The translations under genes and the position numbers were made by a program. Below are positions 1-7,211 of a stretch of DNA of 64,000 bases, piece by piece. The stretch spans positions 32,001 through 96,000 of the forward strand of contig JBDRLQ010000016.1 in NCBI GenBank assembly GCA_043812915.1, in the 5' to 3' direction. Position 1 is the first letter of the stretch, and every line of letters starts with the position of its first letter. The DNA is from Candidatus Micrarchaeota archaeon. Lineage in GTDB: Archaea; Micrarchaeota; Micrarchaeia; Anstonellales; Bilamarchaeaceae. The notes below the pieces were generated by a model. It saw nothing but the letters and a program-made list of their open reading frames with translations. It made no database searches and had not been told where the DNA came from.

Positions 1-1
1 C

Positions 2-769
2 GCGCCCACGCTTGACCTTGCCATGCTATCGGCAGAGCGCGTGAAGGTCAAGGGGGCTCGCATGCTGGACGCCGGACACATCTTCGGCTCAAGGCAGCTG
101 GTTGTCGAGGAGGATGGGATGAAGAGCATTTACACCGGGGACATATCCACCAAGCCGAACGCTTTTGGGCATTCTGCAAAGATCGAGGAGTGCGACCGGC
201 TGATTATCGAGGCCACTTATGGAAGCAGCCCTGAATATGATTTTCCCGAGCCCGGGGAGATTTACCGTGATATCGGGAAATGGGTGACTTCCAATGAGTC
301 ATCGAATCTTTTGATTGGCGCGTATGACATGGGCAAGGCGCAGGAGCTTGTGAAGATACTTAACGAATACGCCGGAATCGCTCCTGTAGTCACTGAGAAA
401 GCCGAGGGGTTCTGCAAAATCCATGAGGATCATGGGCTGAAACTGGACCGTGTGGCTGTCGGCAGCGATGAAGCTGAGGAAGTAATGTCAAAGCGCTTTG
501 TCGCAATAGTCCCCATGCACCGGGCAAAGAGGTATTTCGCCAACCGTCTTGCTGACGCCTTCGGGCGCCACACTCTTGTTGCTGTCGCTACCGGCTGGGC
601 TATGTCATATAGCTTCAACACTGATGCGTCTTTCCCGCTTACCGACCATGCCAGCTTCCATGATCTTCTCAAGTACATCGAGGAGAGCAACCCGAAGGAA
701 ATCAAGTTCTTTGCCGGAGATGGCTCACGCCTGCTTGAGAGGCTTCGCTCCAAAGCTAACGCTTATTAA
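2..769 (+). CDS. Metallo-beta-lactamase-fold (beta-CASP-like) nuclease, 5'-partial
   Basis: Motifs AGHIFGS, YTGD, IIEATYG, GKAQE, TGWA, LTDHA. The frame is open to the window edge, so the true start is probably upstream. Confidence 0.85.
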   Translation, partial: APTLDLAMLSAERVKVKGARMLDAGHIFGSRQLVVEEDGMKSIYTGDISTKPNAFGHSAKIEECDRLIIEATYGSSPEYDFPEPGEIYRDIGKWVTSNESSNLLIGAYDMGKAQELVKILNEYAGIAPVVTEKAEGFCKIHEDHGLKLDRVAVGSDEAEEVMSKRFVAIVPMHRAKRYFANRLADAFGRHTLVAVATGWAMSYSFNTDASFPLTDHASFHDLLKYIEESNPKEIKFFAGDGSRLLERLRSKANAY

Positions 770-799
770 TTAAACGTGCAAACTAACGTCGGTGTTTTT

Positions 800-1117
800 A
801 TGGTTGTTAAAAAAAGAAATCCATTATTTGTGGTTGCCGTGAGCTTCATCACAGCGTTTATCTATGGCCTTTACTGGTTCTACCAAACAAGGCGCGAGCT
901 CAACGAGCTCACCAAAAAGGATTCGAATCCACTTCTTCACACCCTGGGGCTCTTTGTGCCATTTGTGAACCTGTACGTCCTCTGGAAATACTGCGAGGAT
1001 GTGGAGATTGCCTCCAAGAAGGCCAGAGACAAGGTAATCCTTTTCCTGGCATGGATTGTGTTCTTCCCGGTGGCGCAGTACCTTACCCAGGAGGAGCTCA
1101 ACAAGTTTGCGAAATAG
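800..1117 (+). CDS. DUF4234-like small membrane protein
   Basis: KRNP...SFIT.FIYGLYWFY...E and 'LF.PF.NLY.LWK' pattern with three hydrophobic segments. Start 800 (MVVKK) preferred over 776. Confidence 0.7.
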   Translation: MVVKKRNPLFVVAVSFITAFIYGLYWFYQTRRELNELTKKDSNPLLHTLGLFVPFVNLYVLWKYCEDVEIASKKARDKVILFLAWIVFFPVAQYLTQEELNKFAK

Positions 1118-1202
1118 CCCTTTGTTTTCACTCCTCCCGGGCTTTTTGGGTCCGGGCGGACGATTTTTATACTTGACGGGCTATTTTCTAATCCATTCTC
1201 AT

Positions 1203-1308
1203 GGCCACGGTGGTGTAAAGGTAGCATGGGAGCCTGTGGTGACCTTTTGATTTAGTATTGATTGGTCATAGTAAGCTCTTTGACTGGGTTCGAGTCCCGG
1301 CCGTGGCC
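1203..1308 (+). tRNA. tRNA-His(GUG) with a 34-nt canonical 37/38 intron (1240-1273)
   Basis: Acceptor stem GCCACGG/CCGTGGC with encoded G-1 (1203) and C73. Anticodon stem GGAGC/GCTCT, anticodon GTG at 1236-1238, T arm GGTTCGAGTCC. BHB motif: CTGT pairs with ATAG, two 3-nt bulges, GACC/GGTC. CCA is not encoded. Confidence 0.95.
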
Positions 1309-1514
1309 CTCTTTGGTTTTTTATGGATAAGACTACCAATAATATTATTGTCTTTGAAGGATTAATTCTTGGGTACAACTTGTTGCACGTAGCATGCAAG
1401 TTCATTGCTTCTGTCCTATTTTGTTTGCACGAGTGGTTGCTTTCAGTTTGCTTGCGTGTGTTCTTGCCATGCACCTGAGAATTACAAAATATCTGTCTTT
1501 TTCATTACTCAACG

Positions 1515-2771
1515 GTGTATCTAAATCAGTTTATATACTTTTTGTTGTATAAAATGTTTGATGGAGGCAGGATAATGGATGAATTAAAACATCAGAAGTT
1601 TGTTGCACATACTATACAACCCAGGATTAGACCAAACCTCAAACTAGCACAAAAAGCTCTGTCTTTATTATTGCCTTTGATTTCTTTAAATCTTACTTCA
1701 TGCACTACGGGACCAACAACAAGGTCCGAAGTCCCAACAATCGGAGGGAAAATTTCAGAGAATATTTCTGTTAAAAGACCCACAAAGAGCGCTTCATTGA
1801 CTGGACATTTGCATTTTCCAACTCCCGAAGGATACTCTCCGGATATTGAAATATTTGTGCTTGATTCAAAATTACAGTCTCTTGCAGACAGCCTAAGCGG
1901 AACTGATAATGATATGGTAAAACAGCTTTTCAGTAACCTGAGAACTTTTGATTTTATTTTCCCTAATATTAGTACTCTTATTCGAAAGAGGGGCGGTTAT
2001 TCTGTATTTGTTCGAAAAATGGACAAATTGCCACCACGTACAGCTATCCAAGGCTTTCATGAAGGTGGGGATTGCAGTGAACTTTCAAGAATAGCAGTCG
2101 CAATTCTGAAGCACAAAAGTATTCCTGGTGGAGTAAAAATATTTATGGATAAAACACCTGCTGAAAGACCAATGCCTTTGGGCCATATTGTTCCATATGT
2201 TATTCTTGGCGAAGAAGAGATACTTTTTGATCTTCAAGGAATTCAGCTAGGTAAAACACTTCCAGGACCTTATACTCTTATGGATTCTTACTCCTATGAA
2301 GAGTCTGCTTTTGAATATCATTATGAATGGGGGAGGTACTATTTTGATAGAGGGGATTGGGAGTATTCCATTGCAGCTTTTCTCCGTTCTATTGAAATTT
2401 GTGATAGACAACCTGAACTGAATTTTCTTACTCTTGGACATATGCTTAGCTATCATGGTGAATATGAAAGTTCTCTACGTTTTTTTGATCGTGTAACATT
2501 TGAAGACACGTCATGGGAGTTACCAATGAGAATATCAAAGATTAGGAATTTGGTCAGAAACCGTCCTCCAGAGAAACTTAATCAGGCTAAATTATCAGAT
2601 GTAGAGTATGCGGCACGCAGAGCTTTCGAACAAGGGAACTTTGATGAGTGTTCTAGAATATATTCTAGGATTCTCGGTCGCTTTCCCACAGAAAAACGTG
2701 GTCGTGATTGGTATGAGGCAAAAAGAGGTGCATGTGCTCTTAGGACAAAACATTCCAATAGTCTGGATTAA
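1515..2771 (+). CDS. Putative lipoprotein with transglutaminase-like (Cys-His-Asp) domain and TPR repeats
   Basis: Hydrophobic stretch ending LTSC; GDCSELS..AVAILKH..IP, GHIVPYV, LFD triad pattern; TPR-like YEWGRYYFDRGDWEYSIAAFLRSIEI. Start uncertain (1515/1554/1575). Confidence 0.7.
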   Translation: MYLNQFIYFLLYKMFDGGRIMDELKHQKFVAHTIQPRIRPNLKLAQKALSLLLPLISLNLTSCTTGPTTRSEVPTIGGKISENISVKRPTKSASLTGHLHFPTPEGYSPDIEIFVLDSKLQSLADSLSGTDNDMVKQLFSNLRTFDFIFPNISTLIRKRGGYSVFVRKMDKLPPRTAIQGFHEGGDCSELSRIAVAILKHKSIPGGVKIFMDKTPAERPMPLGHIVPYVILGEEEILFDLQGIQLGKTLPGPYTLMDSYSYEESAFEYHYEWGRYYFDRGDWEYSIAAFLRSIEICDRQPELNFLTLGHMLSYHGEYESSLRFFDRVTFEDTSWELPMRISKIRNLVRNRPPEKLNQAKLSDVEYAARRAFEQGNFDECSRIYSRILGRFPTEKRGRDWYEAKRGACALRTKHSNSLD

Positions 2772-2949
2772 TATGAATTCAAAAAGAAAATTTTAAACCA
2801 AAACTAATAACCAATATCATTTCAGATGAAGAACTTAATCTTATGTAGATTATTAGATACAAATTTCATTAATACTTATTTTATAGCGGACAAAATAGTT
2901 CCAGATGCAATAGCTTTAAGCGCTGGAAACCCCCAACAAGTACTTATTA

Positions 2950-3031
2950 AATTTCACATACAATTAGTTGTGCAATTGTGCTGGATGTTGTATAATTACT
3001 ACGAGAATCTGATTAGAATTCTGAAGTGCGG
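2950..3031 (+). repeat. 82-bp cassette-end repeat, copy A (stops at CGG, lacks the rest of the att core)
   Basis: Ungapped alignment to 3569-3650 (63/82 identical by hand count) and 4995-5076 (59/82). Confidence 0.85.
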
Positions 3032-3074
3032 TTTTTAGTTAAGATTAAAAATTGAGATTTCAATAATACTTTAG

Positions 3075-3299
3075 GTGAAAATAATGGAAATGGTAACAAT
3101 ACCCCAAGCAGAATACTATGAATTGCTTAGGTATAGGGAGATTATCAGCTCTTTAGAAGATATGATTCATGAGCCTGAATTCAAGAAAGAATTTGTGGAG
3201 AGAGTTATGGCTGCAGAAGAAAGAGTAAAAAAAGGCGAAAAAGTAAGAGTTAAATCTGTAGATGAGCTAGACAAGCAACTAGATAAGATGGAAGAGTGA
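3075..3299 (+). CDS. Putative antitoxin
   Basis: 74-aa charged helical protein (VTIP..EY..L, PEFKKEF..R, SVDEL) directly upstream of a RelE-like gene. Confidence 0.75.
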   Translation: MKIMEMVTIPQAEYYELLRYREIISSLEDMIHEPEFKKEFVERVMAAEERVKKGEKVRVKSVDELDKQLDKMEE

Positions 3300-3303
3300 T
3301 TGC

Positions 3304-3567
3304 TTGCCTTATGTTGCTGATTTTGATAAGTTTTTTCTGAAAAGATTGAAGAAACTAAAGAAAGATAATCCTGAACTTTTTCTAAGGTTGAGGAAGAAAA
3401 TTGCTGAGGTTCTTGAGAATCCACATCATTATAAACCAATGAAAAATGTTCTAAAGGGAAAGAGGAGAGCTCATGTTGGTAGTTTTGTGATTCTTTTTAC
3501 AGTTGATGAAAAGGAGAAGTCAGTTGTCTTCTTGGAATTTGACCATCATGACAAAGCATACAAATAA
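3304..3567 (+). CDS. RelE/ParE-family toxin
   Basis: F.K.LKKL...KKI.E..ENP.HYKP.K..LKG.RR.HVGSFVI.F.V...V.FLEFDHHD.AY, the typical archaeal RelE pattern. Confidence 0.9.
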   Translation: MPYVADFDKFFLKRLKKLKKDNPELFLRLRKKIAEVLENPHHYKPMKNVLKGKRRAHVGSFVILFTVDEKEKSVVFLEFDHHDKAYK

Positions 3568-3568
3568 T

Positions 3569-3664
3569 AATTTCTCATACAAATAGTTGCATGATTATGC
3601 TGGATGTTGCATGATTACTATGAGAAGCTGATTGGGAGTAAGCGGTTCGGCCGTGGCCCTCTTT
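3569..3664 (+). repeat. 82-bp cassette-end repeat copy B plus tRNA-His 3' duplication (att core)
   Basis: Begins right after the relE stop, contains GTTGCATGATTA twice at 20-bp spacing, and ends in CGGCCGTGGCCCTCTTT, 17/17 identical to 1298-1314. Confidence 0.9.
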
Positions 3665-3667
3665 TAT

Positions 3668-3691
3668 TTTCGGTACAATATTGTACTGAAA
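3668..3691. promoter_or_regulatory. Palindromic operator-like site upstream of the HTH-Fic gene
   Basis: TTTCGGTACAATATTGTACTGAAA, a 24-bp inverted repeat with one mismatch. TATA box TTTATAAA at about 3729. Confidence 0.55.
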
Positions 3692-3758
3692 CTAAATAAA
3701 TATTAAGTTTTGATGGAATATAGTAACATTTATAAACTCTTTTTTCCTATAAATATGT

Positions 3759-4985
3759 ATGAAAACTAAATGGGATGTTCTCTTCAGTCTTTTCGAACTT
3801 AAAGAGGCCAGGCTTAGCCAACTCGCAGAGAAGGTTGATTCATCTCCATCCTCAGTTAGTCAGCAGCTCAAAGAACTGATGCGTGCTAAGCTTGTGGAGC
3901 AAGATGAGAACCTTTACAAGCCCAATAAAGAGACTTCCAAAACCTGGAATGTTTTCAAAATAATGAAATTCTGCAAAAACAAAGGCATCAGCCCAAATCT
4001 TTTCCTTTCAGAGGAGCTGTCAAGGATATTATCTGTCGGCCTATCGAAGGAAACTGTAAAACTCTCTGATTTCAAGAAGCTGAATTACAAAACCATCAGA
4101 AAATATCTTACCTATCTTAACAGGATTAATCTGGTATTCGTAATCGCTAAAAGGCCTTTAACTGTGAAGTTTATTCAAGATCCAGTTTTTGATGAGGTCC
4201 TTGATTTCTTCGGTGTCAAAAAGCCGCAGCTTACTACAAAATCTCCAAAATCCATGCCAAAATCTGATTATCAAGAAATCGGTGGGTTATTGAAGAAATT
4301 ATCAACACTCAAAAGAGATCTTGATCTATCAGAAATGGAAGAGGAATTCAGGATAGAATTCACTTCTGCCTCTACTCAATTGGAAGGGAACACATTTACT
4401 TTAGATGAATCTAAGGAGCTTATTTTACATGATGTTATTCCCGGTGATAAGAAGTTACGGGAGGCAAATGAGGTAAAAAATTATTATAACGCCGTTAACT
4501 ATTTCCTTTCTCATTTAGAAGATCCAATGTCTTTGGATCTGATTCTTGATTTGCATTGGATTATTGTTTATAATTTGGGTGTAAAAGAAGGTGTTCGTTC
4601 ATCCAGAGTCTCGATAAAAGGAAATCCGTTTTACAAAGTTGCTAACTTTCAGGAAATATTCCCTAAATTAGACGAGCTATGCAAGAAGATCAATGATTTT
4701 ATCTCAAAGAAACATTCAACAAAAGAAACCATTGAGTTTGCTACGTTTGTCCATAACGAATTTCAGCACATACATCCTTTCGAGGATGGAAACAGCAGAA
4801 TGACTCGGCTCATGTGGAACTATATTCTGATGAAAGGTGGATTTCCATTGATCAATATCTATTCGAATACAAGAGAAGAATATCTTTCTTTAACGAAGTT
4901 ATCACGACATAGAGATGATGTAAAACTGAATGCGTTCCTAGTGAGGATTATCAAGGATAATCTATACAAAAGACTTAGGGTATAA
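3759..4985 (+). CDS. Fic-family protein with N-terminal winged HTH
   Basis: Fic motif HPFEDGNSRMTR, inhibitory-helix motif STQLEGN, N-terminal HTH (LSQLAEKVDSSPSSVSQQLKEL). Confidence 0.92.
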   Translation: MKTKWDVLFSLFELKEARLSQLAEKVDSSPSSVSQQLKELMRAKLVEQDENLYKPNKETSKTWNVFKIMKFCKNKGISPNLFLSEELSRILSVGLSKETVKLSDFKKLNYKTIRKYLTYLNRINLVFVIAKRPLTVKFIQDPVFDEVLDFFGVKKPQLTTKSPKSMPKSDYQEIGGLLKKLSTLKRDLDLSEMEEEFRIEFTSASTQLEGNTFTLDESKELILHDVIPGDKKLREANEVKNYYNAVNYFLSHLEDPMSLDLILDLHWIIVYNLGVKEGVRSSRVSIKGNPFYKVANFQEIFPKLDELCKKINDFISKKHSTKETIEFATFVHNEFQHIHPFEDGNSRMTRLMWNYILMKGGFPLINIYSNTREEYLSLTKLSRHRDDVKLNAFLVRIIKDNLYKRLRV

Positions 4986-4994
4986 AAGGACTTT

Positions 4995-5089
4995 CCATTA
5001 ATATGCAGAATATTGCATAATTATGCTGGATGTTGCATGATTGCTACGAGATTCTTATTAGATATCTAAAGTGCGGCCGTGGCCCTCTT
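4995..5089 (+). repeat. 82-bp cassette-end repeat copy C plus tRNA-His 3' duplication (att core)
   Basis: Starts about 10 bp after the fic stop, shares ATT.TGCTGGATGTTG.AT.ATT.CTA.GAGA, and ends in CGGCCGTGGCCCTCTT. Confidence 0.9.
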
Positions 5090-5237
5090 CTTCTTTAAAG
5101 GTCTGTTCTGGGAACCACGTTTCCCGAAGTGACCTTCAATATCCTCCTGGCCTTTCTAAGATGTTAAAAAGAAGATTATATTTAGAATTAAAAAAAAAGA
5201 ATATAGCAAAATCCTTAGTAACTAATAATCAGGAACT

Positions 5238-5375
5238 TTAGAATCTGCTTTTTGGTTTGTAGCAATCCCTGCAATATACCGGTCTGCCTTCTTGCGGCTC
5301 GAAAGGTACTCTGCAAGCTTTACCACATTTTGCACAGGTCGCGTCATACATCGGCCTGTCTTCTCTGTCTCCCAT
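5238..5375 (-). CDS. CxxC-x17-CxxC domain small zinc-finger protein (45 aa, not in ORF track)
   Basis: Translates to MGDREDRPMYDATCAKCGKACRVPFEPQEGRPVYCRDCYKPKSRF. GGTGA RBS upstream and an AT-rich TATA-like box near 5440-5450. Confidence 0.9.
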   Translation of the reverse strand: MGDREDRPMYDATCAKCGKACRVPFEPQEGRPVYCRDCYKPKSRF

Positions 5376-5547
5376 ATTATTTCACCTATATTTCCTCTGA
5401 GATTAAGTTCTCAGATGAAATAGTTGTGTTGGTCTATGTTTAAAAATATATGTTTGTGCCAGTTCCTGTCATGTTCTGGTCAGGGAATCCGGGGGATTTA
5501 ATCATTTTCCTTAATTCTCATAAATCTTTTTATTCTATCTCATATTT

Positions 5548-5865
5548 ATGGTCTCTAGAAGGAATTTGGATCGGAGCCTTGCCAGCGAGGAGGTTGATCT
5601 CTTATTCTATCTCATAATTGAAAAAGGGGGGAAGCGCATGCTCAAGCCCCTGAAAATCGATAGCAAGGTTCCATTGAAGCTTATCCGTGCAATTGCGGAT
5701 GATGCCATAGTACCCAGTTTCTACGACACACTCGCCAGGAATCTGCGCGAGCGCGGCGTTGCCTCGGGTTCCCGGGTCCAACTGCGCGCCAAATTCAGCC
5801 CCAACCATGAGATGGTTGATCCATCTCTCAAAGGCACCCGGATACTCTGCGAAGTGGATGTCTAA
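5548..5865 (+). CDS. Hypothetical protein
   Basis: Open frame filling the gap, no recognisable motif; the start may be 5638. Confidence 0.4.
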   Translation: MVSRRNLDRSLASEEVDLLFYLIIEKGGKRMLKPLKIDSKVPLKLIRAIADDAIVPSFYDTLARNLRERGVASGSRVQLRAKFSPNHEMVDPSLKGTRILCEVDV

Positions 5866-5894
5866 ATTCCCACTTTAAAAGAAAAAGGAAAAAA

Positions 5895-6446
5895 TCAGGG
5901 ATTGCAGCAGTTGCATCCCTCTTCAAAGCACATGCATTCCGGTTCGTAATATCCTCTGGCATGCTTGCATGAGGGGCACTCTTCTGGCGGCTCGGTCCCC
6001 TCATGGATGTAGCCGCATTTGCTGCATTTCCATCTTATCGGCTTCTCCCTCTTGAAAACGGCTTCATCCTCCACCATCTTCAGGAGCCTTCTGTATCTGG
6101 CTTCGTGGTGCTTCTCAACTTTTGCAATCTGTATGAAGAGCTTTGCAGCCTCGGCATTCCCTTCCTCAAGGGCCTGCTTTGCGAATGAAGGGTACATATC
6201 AGTAGTCTCATAGTGCTCCCCTTCGATTGCCGCTTTCAGGTTCTCTTCGGTATCCCCGATTCCGTTCAAAAGCTTGAATTCGTCCTTGGCGTGCTGAACC
6301 TCGTTCTCAGCGGTTTCCTCAAAGATTTTGGCGATGTAGTGTAAGCCCTGCGCCCTTGCGACTTTCGCAAAATACATATACTTGTTCCTCGCCTGGCTCT
6401 CTCCTGCAAATGCGGTCTTCAGGTTCTCTTCTGTCTTTGTCATCAA
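5895..6446 (-). CDS. rbr: Rubrerythrin
   Basis: [19 protein letters not shown]...MY, VEKHH diiron motifs; C-terminal rubredoxin-like CSKCGY...CPSC. Confidence 0.95.
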   Translation of the reverse strand: MMTKTEENLKTAFAGESQARNKYMYFAKVARAQGLHYIAKIFEETAENEVQHAKDEFKLLNGIGDTEENLKAAIEGEHYETTDMYPSFAKQALEEGNAEAAKLFIQIAKVEKHHEARYRRLLKMVEDEAVFKREKPIRWKCSKCGYIHEGTEPPEECPSCKHARGYYEPECMCFEEGCNCCNP

Positions 6447-6534
6447 TTCACCTTGGTATTATTGGTAATGTGTAAAGTTGAAAAATCCATTCATTAACCT
6501 GACCAAATAATCGAAGAAAAAGTATGGTAAAATT

Positions 6535-6665
6535 CTCTGCAGGGTTTTCAAGGCCGAAACCAAAAGTCTATGGCTCTGCACCTAGCTGATAACCCGGCCC
6601 GTACGTACTGCCATTTCCTTACGGACAAGTCACTAAGTTCAGCGGCTTCCACAACCCTGCAGAAG
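6535..6665 (-). ncRNA. Unclassified structured RNA (stand-alone sRNA or leader of rbr)
   Basis: 10-bp terminal stem CTGCAGGGTT/AACCCTGCAG; internal stems GCTGA/TCAGC, GTCCGTA/TACGGGC, GAGCCA/TGGTTT, whose G-U pairs work only on the minus strand. BRE/TATA (GAAAGAAATATAAA) about 25 bp upstream, T-rich tract downstream. Confidence 0.6.
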
Positions 6666-6734
6666 GTTAGGGGTATTTCATTAACATTTATATTTCTTTC
6701 TGCACTGTTCCAGATTCTTTTACATATTATGTAA

Positions 6735-7115
6735 CTATAATATCGAAATCTGGACAGACTTCACCTTTTTCTCCCTCTTCAAATGAGAAAACAACTCCCT
6801 AATCTGCTCGGCTTTCCCGCAGGTAATCAGTATCTTCAGGCACCTGCTGGCATGATGCTGGTGGATCTCGGTAACCACTATCTCCTCGAAGTCCTTCACA
6901 AGGCTGTTCATCTCCCCTTTTCCGTGCTCTTCCATGGTTATTGTGAAGACCGCGTCCACATGCCCCTTGATCGACTCCAGGGCCCGGTATTCATTGAGGA
7001 GGGAATCAATCGTCGCCCGGATAAGCTTTGACCTGCTCCGGAATCCAAGCTTCCCCTGCGTCTTGTTCAGTTCCGCAAGATTTTTTTTGTCGAGTGAAAT
7101 ACTGACAATCTCCAT
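6735..7115 (-). CDS. NikR-like (RHH + ACT) metal-responsive regulator
   Basis: RHH N-terminus (IVSISLD...SRS.LIR) and EIHQHH..RCL metal-site region. Confidence 0.85.
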   Translation of the reverse strand: MEIVSISLDKKNLAELNKTQGKLGFRSRSKLIRATIDSLLNEYRALESIKGHVDAVFTITMEEHGKGEMNSLVKDFEEIVVTEIHQHHASRCLKILITCGKAEQIRELFSHLKREKKVKSVQISIL

Positions 7116-7159
7116 TTTTCCACGTCTTTTATTAATTTTTTTAGTACATTGAGTCCTAA

Positions 7160-7190
7160 GTTAATAACTTTCTTCAATATATTTATTAAC
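7160..7190. promoter_or_regulatory. Putative NikR-type operator between the divergent regulator and ZIP genes
   Basis: GTTAATAA-N15-TTATTAAC inverted repeat overlapping the AT-rich promoter of the ZIP gene. Confidence 0.55.
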
Positions 7191-7211
7191 CTATGCTGGA
7201 CAGAAACAATC

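Larger units (their letters stand above)
1298..5089. mobile_element. AT-rich integrative island/cassette array at the tRNA-His 3' end
   Basis: CGGCCGTGGCCCTCTT (tRNA 3' end plus trailer, 1298-1313) recurs at 3648-3663 and 5074-5089. The region is visibly more AT-rich than its flanks and carries TA and Fic cargo. No integrase is visible. Confidence 0.85.

Noticed and set aside
2826..3038. ORF over repeat A (LCWMLYNYYENLI) as a conserved peptide or split-integrase fragment
   Set aside because: The same frame has TGA in copy B and TAA in copy C just before LCWML, and no tyrosine-recombinase motif is visible. The repeat is better explained as non-coding.
2950..5089. CRISPR array or classical integron attC sites
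   Set aside because: The units are 82 bp, only about 72-77% identical and separated by whole genes; there are no cas or intI genes and no attC-type inverted core sites.
5098..5140. Hairpin AAGGTC...GGGAA/TTCCC...GACCTT as an sRNA
   Set aside because: Single imperfect hairpin without boxes or a clear promoter; it could be a terminator or decayed coding sequence.
6535..6665. 5S rRNA, TPP or c-di-AMP riboswitch, or H/ACA RNA
   Set aside because: Size and topology are loosely 5S-like but the loop C GAAC is absent; the riboswitch cores are incomplete; no clear K-turn or pseudouridylation pocket.
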